A DNA stretch of 12,529 nt from Azolla caroliniana (lineage: Eukaryota > Plantae > Polypodiophyta): the NCBI GenBank assembly GCA_043228905.1, contig JBHGNT010001055.1:1-12529 (forward strand), given 5' to 3'. Positions within the stretch are counted from its first letter, which is position 1, and each line of letters starts with the position of its first letter. A program made the position numbers and the translations under genes. Below are positions 8,473-12,529 of the stretch, piece after piece. The notes under the pieces were generated by a model that did not search any database, had not been told where the DNA came from, and worked only from the letters and a program-made list of their open reading frames with translations.

Positions 8473-8955
8473 GTTGTATTGGTATGTGATATATGTGGTA
8501 TGTGGTATGTGTTTGTTGTATTGGTATGTGATGATATATGTGGTATGTGGTATGTGTTTGTTGTATTGGTATGTGATGATATATGTGGTATGTGGTATGT
8601 GTTTGTTGTAGTCTTATGTGGTATGTGGTATGTGTTTGTTGTAGTCTTATGTGGTATGTGGTATGTGTATGTGTATGTTGTAGTGTTATGGGATATATGT
8701 GGTATGTGGTAGTGTATGTTGTAGTCTTATGTGGTATGTGGTAGTGTATGTTGTAGTCTTATGTGGTATGTGGTAGTGTATGTTGTAGTCTTATGTGTAT
8801 GTGTATGTGTATGTGTACGTTGTAGTGGTATGTGTATAGTATGAATGTATGTGTATTGTTGGTACGTGTGTGTGTATTGCGTCATGTACATATGTGTGTG
8901 TGTGTGTGTGTGTGTATTGCATCATGTATATGTGTCATGTATGTCAATATGTGTA
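7950..8955. repeat. Compound micro/minisatellite block: (CT)n, (GA)n, (TG)n, (GTATGT)n and 32-45-bp TG-rich higher-order units
   Basis: (CT)16 at 7950-7981, further CT tracts at about 8076-8150, GA/TG mosaics at 8170-8435, and TTGTA-anchored units starting at 8474, 8516, 8561, 8606, 8639, 8678, 8719, 8751, 8783 and 8820. Confidence 0.95.
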
Positions 8956-9187
8956 TTTGTTTGGCTTGGCTAGAAGTAATGTGTTAATGTGCTCTAGGTT
9001 GCAATAGATGGGAATCAACTTTCGACCACCAAAATAAGAGACGAAAAAGAAAGAACTTGTCATGTCAATTGACAATAACACCGATCATCATCATCATCAA
9101 GAACCCATGTAAGCCAACATCCCCCGTCTTGGTTATCTCTATATACATACGATTGTGCTTGAAAGAGTCTCTAACCCAAACACACTC

Positions 9188-9297
9188 ATGGGCCAATTTT
9201 GGTCTTAGAATACGTTAATATATCTTTCTCATGGGGTTTAGGGTTTAGGGTTTTGATGGGCCAATTTTGGCCTTAGAAGACGTTAATATTTCTTTCT
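9188..9297. repeat. 42-bp direct duplication (39/42 identical) flanking plant telomeric repeats (GGGTTTA)2GGGTTT
   Basis: Copies at 9188-9229 and 9256-9297 both begin ATGGGCCAATTTTGG. The telomere tract is at 9234-9253. Confidence 0.9.
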
Positions 9298-9515
9298 TTC
9301 TTTTCTTCTCTCTCTCTCTCTCTCTTTGTGTCATGCTTCCACACAAGTGGATAGGATGTCTCATTGTTTGTCCCAATTTGCCCCTAGGGGCAACAACCCA
9401 TGGGGACCAGCCGACTCATCTCCGAGCCGAGAGGATTTGTGTTGTGTCAATGTGTGTTTCTCTTGTGTTGTGTTAATGTGTGTTTGAGAGATCTTTGCAG
9501 GTTGGTTTGTTTGAT

Positions 9516-9523
9516 TGCATTTA
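9516..9523 (-). promoter_or_regulatory. L1 box (TAAATGCA) upstream of the PDF1-like gene
   Basis: TGCATTTA on + is an exact TAAATG(C/T)A match in the gene's orientation, about 1.7 kb from the ATG. Confidence 0.5.
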
Positions 9524-9664
9524 TTGTGCCTCTTCTCTCTCTATCTCTCTCTCTCTCTCTCCTCATTAGAGCACCTCTTCCCTCTCCTTTTTCTTTTTCC
9601 TCTTTTCCTTTTTTCCTTTATTTTTTTTTTCTGTAGCCTTTTTTTTTTGCTTCTGTTTTTATGG

Positions 9665-9677
9665 TGCATTTAATGCA
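9665..9677 (-). promoter_or_regulatory. L1 box inside the palindromic HD-ZIP IV binding site GCATT(A/T)AATGC
   Basis: TGCATTTAATGCA is a 13-bp palindrome apart from the central base. It contains TAAATGCA on the minus strand and lies upstream of a PDF1 homolog. Confidence 0.62.
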
Positions 9678-9925
9678 AAGCTCTAGTTTCTAGGAACCAC
9701 ACACCAGTCATTAATGCACCCCCCCCCCCCCCTTCTTCCAACAACACATTTTTATTCAATTATTTCTCTTCCTTTTGATCAAATTCCATCTTGCTTTCTT
9801 TCTTTCTTTCTATCAAAACCAAGATCTCATCAAACTAATGTGTGTTTGTACACACATATAGTATGTATGTATATATATGTACACACTACACTCACACATA
9901 CTAATATGCCTGCTCATAGACAGCA

Positions 9926-10002
9926 TGATCATTTCCAACTTTTTCAATTTTACTTGGGTTGATGGTTTGTGATCATTTCCAGCCTTTTCCACTTTACTTG
10001 GG
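9926..10002. repeat. 33-bp direct repeat (29/33 identical), period 44
   Basis: TGATCATTTCCAACTTTTTCAATTTTACTTGGG (9926-9958) and TGATCATTTCCAGCCTTTTCCACTTTACTTGGG (9970-10002). Confidence 0.85.
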
Positions 10003-12529
10003 GGCTAAGGTTGCGCCTCCCGACGTGTGCCACAGGACGACTGTTTTTTAACGACCGCAGTTAAGAAGAGATGTTTGTTGTTGAAGGTGTTTGGTACAAA
10101 ACTGCTACGTGGATTACTATGAGATTCGTGACTAGTGAGTAGGTCAATATCGAGCAGATGAATTAGAACACTACATATGGAAGGATGGATTAGGGTAAAC
10201 GGAATGTTTTGCTTGGCATGCTTTTGTAGTAGCATTATGAAAGACAAACTAATGTTTTATTTCTATCCTCGCTTAGCGGTTTGAGGGAATGCAACATATA
10301 TTAGACAAACCCGGAAACCAATTGAGAACTTCACTTCTCAATGCTATTGTTCTGCGTGAAACTTGCATATATGCCTCAACATCTTGAGGTTCGTTTTGAT
10401 ACATGCAATTTATACATGAAATTATCATTAAACACCACACATATTTACAATTGTGGTAGAAAACTTTCTTATAACTTGTTGGATTCTGGAATACCTCCAA
10501 AACTACTTCCAACAAGCAAGTTCCAAGTAGTGTAGATGCCTTCTTGTCGAGAATACCTCTAAAAAGAGAAACTATTTTTGTCATGTAGAGTGCTTAGAAT
10601 CAAGAATACTCATTATCAACGTCTTCTCTTCTGTCTCTCGTAAAAAAGAAAATAGCTTTTATATATATTAGTAGATTTAGAAAGAACAAGATCCTGCCAA
10701 GTTTGTTCAAATATGAACTCTTGTGAGGTAATAATGTTTTTCATGTTACCTCATTTATCCATTCTTCTCGCATCTTTTCTAGAGGTCCTCTATGGTGTCG
10801 GGAGATCTCTTTTAACAATGTCAACCCAAATTTCATTTCATGCATAAAACAACAAGAATAGGTCAAGGATCTAGCAACATTACAAGAATGTAACAAAATA
10901 TTGTAGGTATCTTGTCTTATTGACAAGTAACGAAATTCATCATGCGATAAGTATTTGAGGACACTTCCCCCATCCTACACTCTATGCAATTTTTCATATC
11001 ACTCTTGGATTCTAATGAGTGTTATGGATTTTAGAAGTGCATTTTCCAATCAATTGTATCGTTGAGCATCAAACTAAACTTGGAATTTAACGAGTAAGTC
11101 CTCTCTAGTTTAACAAGATCTAGTTATTGAATTTTTTTGCAATGCTCACATTCTTTTTACGTCTGTTTTGTTTACTTTCCACCCTCCTCTTCTTCTACAA
11201 ATGGTTTTTTTTTACTGTTGAGTCTTAGATTCGTTGTTTTTGTCGTTGTGTTATTTATTACATCTTGGAGTTCTTCAATGTTTCCAGTTGTTTTTCTTTC
11301 AACTCAAACCATTAGTCGAAGCAAATGTTGTGGTTTTCACAACATCTTTAAGTAATGGTGTACACTTATGGGAGATCAACTTGGTAATCCCTTTGAGTAC
11401 ACTTTGGTTAAATAATCTTTGGTCATGTCACTATACTATGTACCATGTATTGTAACTTGTGACTCCAATCCACATCAGATGATTGTGTCATGGTTAGGTT
11501 CTTAAGATGCAATACTTGTGTTTTTTATGGTGTGTGCCTTGGGTCATGTTATTACAAGATTTTAGTTCCCCTCGTCTCTGTATTCGCATGAGGAGGGGAG
11601 AGAATATTAGCCATTCCCATCAATTGTGTATTCATTCTCGTGAGTAACGAAGAGAACTAACTCTTCCTTGTGCAAACCGATATACATATGTTCATTGGAA
11701 GCACCATCGTGCTTGCTATCAAGCTATCTATTATATTCATAGGATGCAAACAAGTTATGTGTCAAAGGATGCACCAGAGTTAGTATGGGGGGGGGGGGGG
11801 GTATCTCAAAGATATCTTGAAGTTTGATTAGACTGAAAATGCCAAAATCTTTTCCTAATCCAATACTTGTTCTTTTCTTTAAATTGTTCAATGTAGTGAT
11901 TCTTTTGCATTCTCTTCCAAAATCTACTCTATTCCTTTCATGATCAACGTACTATGTGCAATTATAAGAACCCACCCCCGTTGAAACATTAGTTTTATTA
12001 TTATGAAATCACTTATTTCTATCTATTACTTATTACTGCCCTAGAAGCTATGGATTGGAACTTTGTAAGGATTGATGCACGTTCTATTCCATGTAACCCA
12101 TCATAACTCAAAACTCAACAATGGAAGTAAGATCAATGTAGCATTAAAAATAAGACGAGAAATAATATATAACACGACACACTTCTAGTAATTTTGTTAG
12201 TACATCTTCAATAACGAGGGGTTTCATTTTTCTACCTTCTCCATGTGACTTCTTTCATCATTACATATTCAAGACACTTCTAATATCACACGTATGATAT
12301 TCATGGAATATAAATTCTTTCTTGAGCTCCTTCAATGTTGGTTGCAAATGCAAAATAACAACCCTAGGAAAAGGCACTAAACGGAGTTCATTCTGAAGTT
12401 TTGCATGACCAATACAATTTTGCTCAAAATGATGTACAAAAGGGCATATCAAAAACTACTTTTGAGGAGAGTGGGTGTTGATGTTTTCATGGCATGAAAA
12501 AATGAATCAAATTGATAGTGAAGAATGTT

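Noticed and set aside
7935-8712. ORFs with LSLS, THTH, ERER, CMCM and YVYV repeats
   Set aside because: Translations of microsatellites.
8474-8830. Repeat array superficially like a CRISPR array
   Set aside because: Units are contiguous low-complexity repeats with no unique spacers, there are no cas genes, and the context is eukaryotic.
9719-11801. C14 run (9719-9732) and G15 run (11787-11801) as terminal inverted repeats
   Set aside because: The flanking sequences are not complementary and there is no target-site duplication. They are independent homopolymers.

Overview
AT-rich land-plant nuclear DNA with spliceosomal GT-AG introns and abundant microsatellites. The PPR motif style suggests a seed-free vascular plant such as a fern, but that is inference. 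Three genes are supported. (1) The 3' end of a Spinster-like MFS transporter (+, last two exons, 1..41 and 203..306), which the ORF track misses. (2) A PLS-class pentatricopeptide-repeat gene (+, probably 1951..1976 joined to 2084..4268) with about 20 PPR motifs, stopping inside E1 with no E2/DYW domain. (3) A convergent two-exon PROTODERMAL FACTOR 1 (PDF1)-like secreted protein (-, 7794..7286 joined to 6802..6481, 276 aa) with a Ser-rich (PSSGSSSS)7 array. Upstream of the PDF1-like gene lie a roughly 1-kb micro/minisatellite block, a telomere-repeat insert between duplicated site-II motifs, and two L1 boxes, one within a perfect HD-ZIP IV palindrome (GCATTTAATGC). A MITE-like inverted-repeat structure follows the PPR stop codon. 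The last 2.5 kb could not be identified and may be decayed TE sequence. I find no evidence of a wholly new biological system. The best leads are the putative conserved HD-ZIP IV to PDF1 epidermal module and the E1-truncated PPR.
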